The notes: generated from the sequence alone by a model not told the origin. A stretch of DNA of 64,000 nt from an uncultured cyanobacterium (GCA_963740315.1 CAVUDP010000002.1:1696001-1760000); one strand, 5' to 3'. Shown: positions 18,445 to 29,481, numbered from the stretch's first letter. Numbers and translations: made by a program.

Positions 18445-20632
18445 TTTCTTTCAAACCTTCGGCTGTCAAACCGTTAAATGCCATCAATTCACCGGCGCTT
18501 GATGTAGTTTCCCCGCGTCTCCAGGCAAAGGTATCGCGCTTGCAATTACTCCGCAGCATTACGGGTTCTAACATTGCTGCTGCGCCACCTGTAACGCCAA
18601 TTAAGGCATCTGCATCGAATAATTCTGCAAATTTGGCATCATCGATAAAATCGCCGTCTGAGTGCGAACACAAATCCCAAGCTGTATCGTGGAGACGATA
18701 TAAACGACGGGGGTTTACAATGGAAACAATTTTACTTCCTATACCTTCACTTTGCAGATGTTCGGCTGCTTCGTATACTGGCTTTAACATCATGTCACCA
18801 ATGACTGCAAACACAACTTGCTTATCCCCGCTGGTTTCTTGCAACACCACCGCACCATCTTTTAAGGCTTGTCGGGTTTGTTCAAAGCTGGTACGAATTG
18901 GTAAGGGTGATTTACTCGCAGTTATGACAATTCCTTTATTTTTAGTAGTCAAAGCCCATTCGTAACAAGCTTGAATACTGTTGGCATCGGTGGGGAATAA
19001 GGGGAAAATATTACCGTTACGCATCATGGAAGCAAAGTAAGCTTCGATTTCCGGGCGTTGGTGAGTCCATCCGTTGCGTCCTTGCTCTAATGCACCGGCG
19101 GTAAATAAAGTTATAGTAGAAGGTGTAGCGCGGCGTAATTCTGCCATTGCTTGAGTTACAGTTTGCCAAATTGGTAAACCATTGACGGCAAAAGATTCGT
19201 AGGAACACCATAAACTGCGTCCCCCCATCAAGCATAAACCCGCAGCTAAACCAGCACAAGCATCTTCGCTCAAAGGTTCGTAAACTTGTCCTTGTGGTGC
19301 TTGGTTGTAATCATCATCTTGGGTGGGATGGATAATTTTTAAAGCTTGGTTGATATTGCCAATACCCGATGCGGCGTTTCCGTCAGCGTTGGTAACTAAG
19401 AAATTCTTGTCAGCTTGTCCCACCTTACCAACTAAAAGTCCCATCGCGGTGGTAGAAACTTTTGGCTCCCCACCAACTTCAAACTCTTCCAAAGCCAAAT
19501 CGCCCAACTCAGGTAATTGTAACTCAAATTCAGTCACCGCAGTCTTTGCAGCAGGACCACCACCAGCGCGATCGCAATTGTTTCGCACTAATTCCCAAGC
19601 TTCCACAGATAAAGCACGTTCTTTTAATGCTTCCATCATATGAGGTGCATCTAAAGTATCCTTGGGATAAAGGTTGTGGGATTTTGAACCAGTCGCGTGA
19701 ACTCCAGAACCTTTAAGCTGTTTAATAATAAATACGGTTAATTTTCCGCTGAGTGCTGACTTAGCTGCTTTATCAATTCCTTCCAATACAGCTTTAGTAA
19801 ATAGCAATCTTCTCTCAAAGGAAAATTCCGTACTATCAACATAGTCACCCGGCTGATTGCGATCGTCAAAGTCTTTAGCATCAACAATAACAACTTCTTC
19901 AAAACCATTACCAATCCAGTAATTTCCCATCTGATCGTTGGTTTTGAGCGAAACCATGCTGTGATGTTCCTGAGAGTAACCATTCCACACCAACACGGGT
20001 AGGAAATTGGTAACTTTGGGGAAAGCAGTATTAAAATGCGCGATCGCACTCATGATATAAGGTTCCCCCAAACCACCATCACCAACGGTAAAGGGGAACA
20101 ACTTACCTTTATTTAAATAAGCCGCAGCCATTGCAAAATGCTGACCTTGACCTAAAGGACCAGCAGGTGCGAGAATGCCAGGAATCATACCCGAAAGGTG
20201 TCCCAGCAAACCGTGTTTTTCCCGATAGCGATCGCGCAATTGTTGCACCGTGGTGATATCCATGTCCTCTAAAGAGCGATCGAGAAACATGGCACTATAG
20301 AATCCAGGGGCGTGGTGTCCCACTTCAGTCAAAATATTCTTGTAACCCAGCATGACTAAAGCAGCATAAGCTTCCGCTTGAGATGCAAAACCCCCTGGAT
20401 GTCCCGAAGATTTACTTCCAGTCACCTGTAATGTTAAATAACGTAAAGCATCGGCATAAAGTAAAGTTTGGTAAACAGCCGCGATATCTTGAGTGTTGCT
20501 AATAGCGGTTTTGCCTTCAGGAATGGCACTTTGCTTACCATACTTATCAAAATCAGGTTTAGCCTCCCCAAAATATTGAATACCTTCGCAAAACTTGGGA
20601 GCCGATGTTGCTTTTGGAGTAGTTGCTGTCAT
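18422..20632 (-). CDS. ThDP-dependent phosphoketolase/transketolase family protein
   Basis: GHPGG, GPLGQG, GDGG...N ThDP-binding motif and NGWTHQ. Confidence 0.85.
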   Translation of the reverse strand: MTATTPKATSAPKFCEGIQYFGEAKPDFDKYGKQSAIPEGKTAISNTQDIAAVYQTLLYADALRYLTLQVTGSKSSGHPGGFASQAEAYAALVMLGYKNILTEVGHHAPGFYSAMFLDRSLEDMDITTVQQLRDRYREKHGLLGHLSGMIPGILAPAGPLGQGQHFAMAAAYLNKGKLFPFTVGDGGLGEPYIMSAIAHFNTAFPKVTNFLPVLVWNGYSQEHHSMVSLKTNDQMGNYWIGNGFEEVVIVDAKDFDDRNQPGDYVDSTEFSFERRLLFTKAVLEGIDKAAKSALSGKLTVFIIKQLKGSGVHATGSKSHNLYPKDTLDAPHMMEALKERALSVEAWELVRNNCDRAGGGPAAKTAVTEFELQLPELGDLALEEFEVGGEPKVSTTAMGLLVGKVGQADKNFLVTNADGNAASGIGNINQALKIIHPTQDDDYNQAPQGQVYEPLSEDACAGLAAGLCLMGGRSLWCSYESFAVNGLPIWQTVTQAMAELRRATPSTITLFTAGALEQGRNGWTHQRPEIEAYFASMMRNGNIFPLFPTDANSIQACYEWALTTKNKGIVITASKSPLPIRTSFEQTRQALKDGAVVLQETSGDKQVVFAVIGDMMLKPVYEAAEHLQSEGIGSKIVSIVNPRRLYRLHDTAWDLCSHSDGDFIDDAKFAELFDADALIGVTGGAAAMLEPVMLRSNCKRDTFAWRRGETTSSAGELMAFNGLTAEGLKERAIALVK

Positions 20633-20881
20633 GCCGAATACCTAATATACGAAAAAATTGTAAATGCTGCTTTCTATTTAACAAAAATTTTACAACTTTA
20701 CGGCGATCGGCGTTGATTGCAATTTCTCTATGTATAGATAAATAATGGCAATGGGCATTGGGGATGGGGGATTGGGAAGAGTGAGGAGTGAGGAGTGAGG
20801 AGTTAAGAGTTAAGAGTAAGGAGTTTTGAATTTATAACTAGTAACTGTATTTTCGTAATCGTTCCAAAATTCTCAGATATG

Positions 20882-21010
20882 TAAGTAGGTGAACAAAAAT
20901 ATTTACCGTCATTATTCGCTGTGCGAAGTAATCCCAGCCCTTGCGATTGCTTCGTTTCACTCCGTTCAACTCGCAATGACATTGTGTAATTAATTTTGTT
21001 TAATTACTTA
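20882..21010. mobile_element. 129-bp MITE-like element (second copy)
   Basis: Close homolog of 15197-15325. Confidence 0.8.
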
Positions 21011-21046
21011 TATAGATGCCAAATCTGAGAAGTCTAAATAAAGATT

Positions 21047-21379
21047 ATGGAAATAATTATCGCATTAGTATTCATTTTCTTGATAGTAAAGCTTCTGTTT
21101 CCATCAGATAATTCCGGTAGAAGAAATAATTCTCGTCGTAATTCTTACAGTCATTGGAACGATGATACATATTGCGATCGCGATTCGGAAAGTTCTTCTG
21201 GTTTCGATTTGGGCGATTTATTTGGAGGTGGGGATTCACAGAGTAGCTACGATAGCGATGAGTGCGATCGTGATTACAGCGATAGTGAGGATGATAGCAG
21301 CGAAGACTGTAGCGATTTTAGTGATGATGAAAGCGACGAATGCGATCGTGAAGATGAAAGCGATGAATGCGATAGCTAG
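21047..21379 (+). CDS. Hypothetical membrane-anchored protein with an acidic low-complexity tail
   Basis: N-terminal hydrophobic helix, then a D/S/E-rich tail with DECD repeats. Confidence 0.6.
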   Translation: MEIIIALVFIFLIVKLLFPSDNSGRRNNSRRNSYSHWNDDTYCDRDSESSSGFDLGDLFGGGDSQSSYDSDECDRDYSDSEDDSSEDCSDFSDDESDECDREDESDECDS

Positions 21380-21931
21380 TAGGTTGGGTTAGACACGAAA
21401 AACAATTTGATTTGTAACAACAATATTATTAATCGTGTCGTAACCCAACATTAATATCTTAGATAAGTCAAAATTGAGTTGATTTCATATTGATGGTAAA
21501 GTATTACTAGCTGCCGCGAACTAATTCAATGCGATTACTAAAATGTCATTTTTTTTCTCTAATTCCTTTGTAGAATCATCAATCATTCCTGCTCTAACGC
21601 TTTTTTATAGTAACCAGAAAGAAAAATTTCCTACTATTGGTAATGCAGTTAAAACAAAGAGTAAAATATTTATTAAATCAGTATTACTACTAATTTTTGT
21701 ATCAACTATCTTTTCAATTTGTTCTAATTGATTATTTGGTAAACCTGGATAAATACGATTATCAATTCGATTGCTGAAGACATTAGAAATAATAGCTATT
21801 CCTGGTATACACCAGATAATTAAAGCAAGTGCTGAAATTATAATCCCAAGTTGGTTAAAATTGAGGGAGCTTCAATTATGGACAACTAACAAGCGAAACG
21901 GCATAATAATTAAGTAAATATAATCGCACTT

Positions 21932-22141
21932 ATGAAAGTCTTCACTGCAATTGTAGAGCGAGATTCTGACACTAATCTTTACGTTGGCTATGTTCCTGGA
22001 TTTCCGGGAGCGCATTCCCAAGGAGAAACTTTAGACGAATTGCACGAGAATCTCCGCGAAGTAATTGAAATGCTTTTAGAGGATGAAAAAGTCGTATTTA
22101 AGACGGATTTTGTTGGTACGCAGCAGATTGTGGTTCAATGA
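21932..22141 (+). CDS. hicB: HicB-family antitoxin
   Basis: YVGYVPGFPGAHSQGETLDELHENLREVIE. Confidence 0.9.
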   Translation: MKVFTAIVERDSDTNLYVGYVPGFPGAHSQGETLDELHENLREVIEMLLEDEKVVFKTDFVGTQQIVVQ

Positions 22142-22144
22142 ACT

Positions 22145-22378
22145 ATGAGCAACATACCTGTTCTCAAACCACAAGAAGTTGTACGTATTTTAGAAAAGCT
22201 GGGTTTTGTAGAAGTTCGTCAAAAGGCTTCACACAAACAATTTCGTCATGAAGATGGTAGAGGAACTACAGTTCCGTTTCATAAAGGACGTGATATTTCT
22301 CCCCGACTTTTACGACAGATAGCAAGTGACAATCATTTCGTAACCCAACATTACCATAAGCAGATAAACAATAATTGA
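22145..22378 (+). CDS. hicA: HicA-family toxin, C-terminus apparently replaced
   Basis: LEKLGFVEVRQKASHKQFRH...TTVPFH; the tail reads into repeat-derived sequence. Confidence 0.8.
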   Translation: MSNIPVLKPQEVVRILEKLGFVEVRQKASHKQFRHEDGRGTTVPFHKGRDISPRLLRQIASDNHFVTQHYHKQINNN

Positions 22379-22398
22379 GTTAGTTTGATATTGACGGT

Positions 22399-23340
22399 AT
22401 GTCATTACTAATCGGTGATAAAAATTTTATGCAATCATTAAAAAGCATCAAAATAAGAAAAAAGATTATAAAACGTATTTTTAAATTTATTCTAATTGCT
22501 TTTATTATTCTCAATATTCTATCTTACGCTGGTGCTTATTTTTTAACACACTTTAACTATTCAAATAAACAGGTAATTACTAAAAAACCTGATGATATCG
22601 GACTAAAATACGAAACTCAACGCATTGCCGTTAGTCAGAAAGAATGGTTAGAAACTTGGTTTATCCCCGCTCCAAGTAAAGTCAACGGAACCGTTTTATT
22701 ATTCCCCGGTAATAATGGCAGCAAGGGCAAACAACTCTTAGCTCCAACCAAGGTATTTCATAATTTAGGCTACGATGCTTTACTAACTGATTTCCGAGGT
22801 ATGGGAGGTTCGAGCGGAAACACTACAACTATAGGTGTTAGGGAATCCAAAGATGTAGCTTTAACTATGAATTATGCCGAAAAGTTAAAATTAAAACATC
22901 CATACATACTTTATGGTGTATCGATGGGTAGTGCTGCTATTCTCAAAGCAATTGCTGATGAAAATATAAATCCCGAAGCTGTAATTTTAGAACTTCCTTT
23001 TGCACGCCTTGTAAGTGCTGTTAAAAGTCGAGTTAGAGCAGTTAAATTTCCTACGTTTCCCGTGACCGAACTTATGGTATTTTGGGGAGGAATTCAACAT
23101 GGATTTAATGGTTTTGCTCATAACCCAGTTACTTATGCAAGTTCTGTTAATTGTCCTGCTTTGATATTACATGGAAAGCTTGATAAATGGACTACTGTAG
23201 CAGAAATAAACGATATTTCTCAAAATTTGCAGGGTTCAAAACAACTGGTTATTTTCCCTAATGCGGGTCATGATTTACTCGTTACAGTTAATAAAGAACT
23301 TTGGAAACATAGTGTTGAAAAATTTCTCAAGGGAATTTAA
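22399..23340 (+). CDS. Alpha/beta hydrolase
   Basis: GVSMG nucleophile elbow, LILHGKLD and AGH. Confidence 0.88.
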   Translation: MSLLIGDKNFMQSLKSIKIRKKIIKRIFKFILIAFIILNILSYAGAYFLTHFNYSNKQVITKKPDDIGLKYETQRIAVSQKEWLETWFIPAPSKVNGTVLLFPGNNGSKGKQLLAPTKVFHNLGYDALLTDFRGMGGSSGNTTTIGVRESKDVALTMNYAEKLKLKHPYILYGVSMGSAAILKAIADENINPEAVILELPFARLVSAVKSRVRAVKFPTFPVTELMVFWGGIQHGFNGFAHNPVTYASSVNCPALILHGKLDKWTTVAEINDISQNLQGSKQLVIFPNAGHDLLVTVNKELWKHSVEKFLKGI

Positions 23341-23523
23341 AAATCGTAATTATTTATTTAACTTCTTGGGTTGTTAATTAACATAATTGGTGCGTGACGG
23401 TAATTTCAAATTATTAGATTTAGTTTGATTATTTATCGTCACCGTCACACACCCTACAAATAAATCAAAATCCTTAACTCCTTAATACGATAAAATTATG
23501 AAAAAATATTAAGGCTGTATTTT

Positions 23524-24510
23524 ATGAACTGGTTGCTTTCTACTTTGGGAATTATCCTTGCAATATTAATTGTAAGCATCGCACTATATTTAATCTCGGC
23601 TCGTCGCTATCAATCATCGGATTCGGTAGCTAATTCCTACGACGAATGGACGGATGATGGTATTTTAGAATTTTACTGGGGTGAACACATTCATTTAGGA
23701 CATTATGGTTCACCACCGACAAATAAGGATTTTTTAACAGCCAAATACGATTTCGTTCATGAAATGGTACGTTGGGGTGGTTTGGATAAATTACCTTCCG
23801 GTACCACAGTTATAGATGTTGGTTGTGGAATTGGTGGTAGCAGTCGGATTTTAGCCAAGGAATACGGTTTTGATGTCACCGGAGTTACTATCAGCCCCCA
23901 ACAGGTGAAAAGAGCGACTGAATTAACCCCTGAAGGTGTGAGCGCCAAGTTTCTCGTAGATGATGCGATGGCTCTTTCTTTCCCCGATGCCAGTTTTGAT
24001 GTAGTTTGGTCGATTGAAGCTGGTCCTCATATGCCAGATAAAATGGTTTTTGCATCTGAGTTGATGCGGGTGTTAAAGCCAGGTGGGCTGTTGGTTGTAG
24101 CCGATTGGAATCAAAGAGACGATCGCCAAATCCCGCTGAATTTCTGGGAGAAACCAGTCATGCAGCAATTACTCGATCAGTGGTCCCATCCAGCTTTTTC
24201 CAGCATCGAAGGTTTTTCCGAACTTTTGGAAGCCACGGGATTTGTAGAAGGGGAAGTTATAACCGCAGACTGGACAAAAGAAACACTTCCTTCATGGTTC
24301 GATACTATCTGGCAAGGAATAGTTAAACCACAGGGATGGATGCGTTTTGGCGTTCGTGGTTTTCTTAAATCGGTGCGGGAAGTACCTACTATTTTGTTGA
24401 TGCGGTTAGCATTTGGTACAGGGCTTTGCAGATTTGGAATGTTTCGCGCAGTTAGAGGTAATTTAGAATCGCGATCGCAAGAAGTTTCAACACAAACCGC
24501 TCAGGTTTGA
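23524..24510 (+). CDS. SAM-dependent methyltransferase, MPBQ/MSBQ (tocopherol/plastoquinone pathway) type
   Basis: WGEHIHLGHY, DVGCGIGG and WSIEAGPHMPDK. Confidence 0.85.
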   Translation: MNWLLSTLGIILAILIVSIALYLISARRYQSSDSVANSYDEWTDDGILEFYWGEHIHLGHYGSPPTNKDFLTAKYDFVHEMVRWGGLDKLPSGTTVIDVGCGIGGSSRILAKEYGFDVTGVTISPQQVKRATELTPEGVSAKFLVDDAMALSFPDASFDVVWSIEAGPHMPDKMVFASELMRVLKPGGLLVVADWNQRDDRQIPLNFWEKPVMQQLLDQWSHPAFSSIEGFSELLEATGFVEGEVITADWTKETLPSWFDTIWQGIVKPQGWMRFGVRGFLKSVREVPTILLMRLAFGTGLCRFGMFRAVRGNLESRSQEVSTQTAQV

Positions 24511-24735
24511 TAAAGCAAATTTGGCGTTGCTGAATTAAGCTATGAATTATCTTTTTTTACATTTTGTCGTAAACGCGAAACTGTTGTAGAGAGTTCCGCA
24601 CTGCTACGTCTCCAATAATGTGAAAGCATCATTTCATCCGCATGATTCAGCAAAGCCGCAAATTGTATCTCAACCTTAAACAACCGTTAAAATATTTCTA
24701 CAAACCTCAAAAATAAATAATAAACAAAAATAACA

Positions 24736-25350
24736 ATGGTTCAAATAGCACCAAAATTTATTACCGTTGATGAGTTTATTGCCAATTACGGCGATAATGA
24801 ACGTTATGAGTTGATTGACGGGGAATTATTTGAAATGGAACCAACCGGGTTTCACGAACAAGTAGGTGCATTTACCGGACGAAAGCTGAACGTACAAATT
24901 GACCAATACAACCCGAATTATTTTATTCCCCATCGATGTTTAATTAAGTTGTTGGGAACAGAAACTGCTTTTCGTCCAGATTTAATTGTATTGGATAAAA
25001 ATCAGCTTAGAAACGAACCATTGTGGAAGCAAGAACCCGTTATTACTTTAGGAAGTTCAATCAAGCTAATTGTTGAAATAGTTAGTACAAACTGGCAAAA
25101 TGATTATGCTAGAAAAGTAGAAGATTACGCACTTTTAGGTGTACCGGAATACTGGATTGTGGATTATCTTGGTGTTGGTGGAAGAGAATATATTGGTAAA
25201 CCGAAACAACCAACGATTACAGTTTGTGACTTAGTTGATGATGAATATCAAAGAAAATTATTCCAAAATCAAGATATTTTAGTTTCTCAAGTTTTTCCAG
25301 AACTTGAATTAAGCGCAAATCAAATTTTTGAATATGCTCGTGCAGTTTAA
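24736..25350 (+). CDS. Uma2 family endonuclease
   Basis: RYELIDG, RPD, EIVS and GVPEYWIVD. Confidence 0.92.
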   Translation: MVQIAPKFITVDEFIANYGDNERYELIDGELFEMEPTGFHEQVGAFTGRKLNVQIDQYNPNYFIPHRCLIKLLGTETAFRPDLIVLDKNQLRNEPLWKQEPVITLGSSIKLIVEIVSTNWQNDYARKVEDYALLGVPEYWIVDYLGVGGREYIGKPKQPTITVCDLVDDEYQRKLFQNQDILVSQVFPELELSANQIFEYARAV

Positions 25351-25375
25351 GTAATTTAATTTAACCAATTACCAA

Positions 25376-25750
25376 TTACCCATTCAATACATCTCTCTTA
25401 TGTTCCGGTGCAGCAGCAACAGCACCAACTTCTTGAATCAATTCATCAGAAATTCCTAATTCTTGCAAAGTTTTAACTAAGTTTTCGACAACTGCATCAA
25501 AGTGTTTGCCATTTAAACCCATTCCTTCAACCAAATGTTAGTGAGCTTCTCTCATCATCTTGCCATCATAATGAGAAGAACCACCAAAAGCATAAGTTAA
25601 AAATGCCTTTTGATGTTCGCGCTGTTTTTTCATATCTACGTTTTCAAAAAAGTGCTTGATTCGCTCATCGTTTAAAATATGTCCGTAAAACTTATCAACG
25701 GCGATATCAACAGCATCTTTTCCACCTAATTTTTCATACAAAGTAGCCAT
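25376..25750 (-). pseudogene. glbN: Group 1 truncated hemoglobin (cyanoglobin) with an in-frame TAA at codon 71
   Basis: TLYEKLGG...FLTYAFGG...MREAH*HLVEGMGLNGKHFDAVVENL...APEHKRDVLNG; 124 codons in one frame. Confidence 0.88.
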
Positions 25751-25927
25751 GTGCTTTCTCTTATAATATTTAAAAGTTTGTAGCGCCTAACGCACCATTC
25801 TCATGTAAAAACAATGAATTTTAAATTATTTAAAAGTTTGTAGGGTGTGTTATGGCGCAATATATAATTCAGATTATGACAAAATATATATCATTCGCGC
25901 TTAACGCACCATTCTCATGTAAAAACA

Positions 25928-27094
25928 ATGAATTTTAAATTATTTAAAAGTATATCAGATTGTCGTAACACAAATGATTTTAGAAATTTAGCTAAAACAA
26001 AATTACCCGCTCCGATATTTCATTATATAGATGGAGCGGCAGATGATGAAGTTACTTATAGAAGAAATACCCAAGCCTACGAGCAATGCGATTTGATTCC
26101 CAACGTTTTGGCAGGAGTTGAAGAAATAGATACTTCTGTGGAAGTAATGGGAATGAAAATTGATATTCCCATGTTTTGTTCGCCAACAGCATTACAAAGA
26201 TTATTCCATTATGACGGTGAAAGAGCGGTTGCCAAAGCAGCAGAAAAATATGGAACTTTGTTTGGTATATCAAGTTTGGGCACGGTTAGTTTAAAGGAGA
26301 TTGGTAAAACAATTTCTACACCAAAGATGTTCCAATTTTACTGTCATAAAGATAAAGGTTTGAATGATGCAATGATAGAAATGTGTAGGGAAGCAAACTT
26401 TGATGCGATCGCCTTAACCGTCGATACAATTACTGGAGGAAACAGGGAACGGGATTTGTGGACGGGATTTACTATACCTCCAAAACTTACACCGCAGAGT
26501 TTGATTAGTTTTGCTCTACATCCAAATTGGTCGTTAAATTATTTATTACGAGAACCATTCAGCTTACCGCAATTAGAACAACACGTAAATAAAGGAACAA
26601 ATGTCGCAGTATCGGTAGGTGATTATTTAAGTACGATGCTCGATCGATCGATGGATTGGCAAGATGCCGAAGAAATTAGAACAAAATGGGGTAAAAAGTT
26701 TTGCCTCAAAGGTGTAATGAGCGTTGATGATGCAAAAAGAGCAGTTGACATCGGAGCCGATGCCATCATGGTATCAAATCACGGTGGGAGACAGTTGGAT
26801 GGTTGTATATCACCTTTCGAGCAGCTAGCAGAAATAGTAGATGCAGTTGGCGATCGCGTTGATGTAATCTGTGATGGTGGTATTAGAAGAGGAACTCATG
26901 TTTTAAAAGCACTGTCAGTAGGTGCAAAAGCCTGCTCTGGTGGAAGATGGTATTTGTATGCATTAGCGGCTGGCGGACAATTAGGAGTTGAAAAAGCTAT
27001 TTCTAATATGAAAAATGAAATTGATAGAGATATGAAACTGATGGGAATTACTAAACTTTCTCAATTGTCGAGGAAGAATATAAAATTTAGATGA
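25928..27094 (+). CDS. FMN-dependent alpha-hydroxy acid oxidase/dehydrogenase (L-lactate/glycolate)
   Basis: SNHGGRQLD and DGGIRRG motifs. Confidence 0.92.
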   Translation: MNFKLFKSISDCRNTNDFRNLAKTKLPAPIFHYIDGAADDEVTYRRNTQAYEQCDLIPNVLAGVEEIDTSVEVMGMKIDIPMFCSPTALQRLFHYDGERAVAKAAEKYGTLFGISSLGTVSLKEIGKTISTPKMFQFYCHKDKGLNDAMIEMCREANFDAIALTVDTITGGNRERDLWTGFTIPPKLTPQSLISFALHPNWSLNYLLREPFSLPQLEQHVNKGTNVAVSVGDYLSTMLDRSMDWQDAEEIRTKWGKKFCLKGVMSVDDAKRAVDIGADAIMVSNHGGRQLDGCISPFEQLAEIVDAVGDRVDVICDGGIRRGTHVLKALSVGAKACSGGRWYLYALAAGGQLGVEKAISNMKNEIDRDMKLMGITKLSQLSRKNIKFR

Positions 27095-27180
27095 TTGTAG
27101 TATTGAAAAAACCTCACCCTTAATCCCTCTCCTTATTAAGGTGAGGGAAATAAGAGATTATAATTTTAAATTTAAAAAAT

Positions 27181-27696
27181 ATGGACAGTAAAGAATCTTT
27201 AATTGCTTTAAAAATTGCCGTACTAACTGTTTCCGACACGAGAACGGAAGCTGATGATAAATCGGGCAAAATATTAGTTGATAATTTAACTACGGTAGGA
27301 CATAACTTATCAGAAAAAGTCATTGTTCCCGATGATATTTATCAAATTCGTGCAGTTGTATCTCGTTGGATTGCCTCGGAATCTATCCAAGTAATTTTAA
27401 CCACTGGTGGCACGGGAGTTACCGGACGTGATGGAACTCCAGAAGCAATTAAGCCTTTATTAGATAAAGAAATTGAGGGATTTGGTGAGATATTTAGGAT
27501 GATTTCCTATCAAGAAATTAAAACTTCTACAATTCAATCTCGCTGTTTGGCTGGTGTTGCAAACGGTACCTATATCTTTTGTTTACCAGGTTCTTCTGGT
27601 GCTTGTAAAACGGGATGGGAGATTATTAAAGAACAATTAGATTCCCGCAATCGTCCCTGTAATTTAGCTCAACTAATTCCTAGATTAAGGGAATAG
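27181..27696 (+). CDS. moaB: Molybdenum cofactor biosynthesis protein B
   Basis: AVLTVSDTR, TTGGTG...RDGTPEA and LPGS. Confidence 0.93.
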   Translation: MDSKESLIALKIAVLTVSDTRTEADDKSGKILVDNLTTVGHNLSEKVIVPDDIYQIRAVVSRWIASESIQVILTTGGTGVTGRDGTPEAIKPLLDKEIEGFGEIFRMISYQEIKTSTIQSRCLAGVANGTYIFCLPGSSGACKTGWEIIKEQLDSRNRPCNLAQLIPRLRE

Positions 27697-27849
27697 GTAA
27701 TTGGTAATTGGTAATTGTTAATTGATAATTGATAATAGCTTGTAGGTTGGGTGAAGGCTCTAACAAATTTAAACAATAAGGAAGTAATGATAATATGCCG
27801 TAACCCAACATCAAATTTCTGAATAAACTAATTAATTTACATTTGATTC

Positions 27850-29481
27850 ATGAAAATTATCCGACTTCTGCTCAAAAATTCTGGCAAAAATTTCTTTTTA
27901 GCAGCAATATTTAGTATTCTTAGCGGTGCTAGTGGTGCGGGTATTATCGCCGTTATCAATTATGCGATCGCTAATTTGCAAAACCCACCCGTTTGGTTAA
28001 TTGTGCTGTTCTTTAGCCTCTGTGTTTGTTTATGGATTTTTCAGTTTATTAGTTGGGTATTGATAAATCGTCTAGCCCAAGGGGTTATCTACGATTTGCG
28101 CTTAGAAATGACTCAACGTATTTTAGATTGTCCTTTGCAGCATTTAGAAACTATCGGTATATCAAAGCTGTTAGCAACTTTAACAAATGATATCGCGGCA
28201 ATTTCTTCGGCTTCAATCAAATTATCAATAATGATAGTAAATATTGCTATAGCTTTGGGAATTTTTGTTTACTTATTCTGGCTCTCTACGCTACTATTTT
28301 TTATTGTATTTGGCTGTGTTTTAATCAGCTTTTATCTTTATACTTCTATAGAAAAAGGAGGTATCAAAGATTTAGAACAAGCTCGTCAAGTTCAGGATAT
28401 TTTATTTGAACATATTCGCACGGTTACAGAAGGAACAAAAGAGTTAAAGTTGCACCGTCAAAGAAGAATTGCTTTTATTAAAGAGGATTTACAATCGAGT
28501 GCTAGTAAATATAAGCAATATCGAATCAGCGGCATAACGGCTTTTGCTTTTGCTGGCTCTTTGGGAACGGTATTATTTTTTATTCCCGTTGGATTAATAT
28601 TATTTGTTTTTCCTCAATTAAATACAGTTTCTACCGCGATTATATCTAGTTATGCATTAGCTATTGTATATTTGATTAGCCCCATAGGCGAGGTAGTAAC
28701 TTCTTTACCTCAAATTGCTCGAGCAAATATCGCTTTAAATAAAATTGAATCTTTAGGAATATCTCTTTCCGAACAAGTTACCGAACCAAATTTTCCTACA
28801 GGTTCGGATTTTGAATCCAATTGGACGAGTTTAGAATTGGTTAATGTAACTCATGCTTATAGTGGAGATAGCGAAGAACATAAGTTTACTTTAGATAATA
28901 TTAACCTCAAGTTTGAACCCGGTGAATTAGTCTTTATTGTTGGTGGCAACGGTAGCGGTAAATCAACTTTAATTAAATTAATTACGGGTTTATACGTTCC
29001 CGATCGCGGTAAAATTTTATTTAACAATCGTGCCGTTACAGATGATAATCGCGAATGGTATCGTCAGCAGTTTTCTGTCGTATTTTATGACTTCTATTTA
29101 TTTGCTCGCTTATTAGGAATAGAAGAAAATCAGGAAACAGAAATACAAGATTATCTTACATTATTGGAATTAGAACGAAAAGTAACAATTAAAAATGGTG
29201 TTTTATCAACTACTAATTTATCCCAGGGACAGCGCAAACGTCTAGCTTTACTGACAGCTTATTTAGAAAATCGTCCGATTTACGTATTTGATGAATGGGC
29301 ATCAGATCAAGATCCCGTATTTAAAGAAATATTCTATAATAAATTGCTTCCCGAATTAAAACAGCGTGGTAAAACTGTAATTGCAATCAGTCACGATGAC
29401 CGTTATTTTGATAAGTGCGATCGATTAATTAAACTAGATTATGGTCGTGTAGTTGAAAATCGGGTAATGGGGAATGGGTAG
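27850..29481 (+). CDS. Cyclic-peptide export ABC transporter (SyrD/PvdE/YojI family)
   Basis: TM domain, GTKELKL, GGNGSGKST, LSQGQRKRLAL and DEWASDQDP. Confidence 0.9.
   Translation: MKIIRLLLKNSGKNFFLAAIFSILSGASGAGIIAVINYAIANLQNPPVWLIVLFFSLCVCLWIFQFISWVLINRLAQGVIYDLRLEMTQRILDCPLQHLETIGISKLLATLTNDIAAISSASIKLSIMIVNIAIALGIFVYLFWLSTLLFFIVFGCVLISFYLYTSIEKGGIKDLEQARQVQDILFEHIRTVTEGTKELKLHRQRRIAFIKEDLQSSASKYKQYRISGITAFAFAGSLGTVLFFIPVGLILFVFPQLNTVSTAIISSYALAIVYLISPIGEVVTSLPQIARANIALNKIESLGISLSEQVTEPNFPTGSDFESNWTSLELVNVTHAYSGDSEEHKFTLDNINLKFEPGELVFIVGGNGSGKSTLIKLITGLYVPDRGKILFNNRAVTDDNREWYRQQFSVVFYDFYLFARLLGIEENQETEIQDYLTLLELERKVTIKNGVLSTTNLSQGQRKRLALLTAYLENRPIYVFDEWASDQDPVFKEIFYNKLLPELKQRGKTVIAISHDDRYFDKCDRLIKLDYGRVVENRVMGNG

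Noticed and set aside
18540..20716. Antisense or alternative-frame ORFs inside long genes (also within the cas genes, LCP, amidase and glmS)
   Set aside because: Shadow ORFs of well-supported CDSs, with no recognisable motifs.
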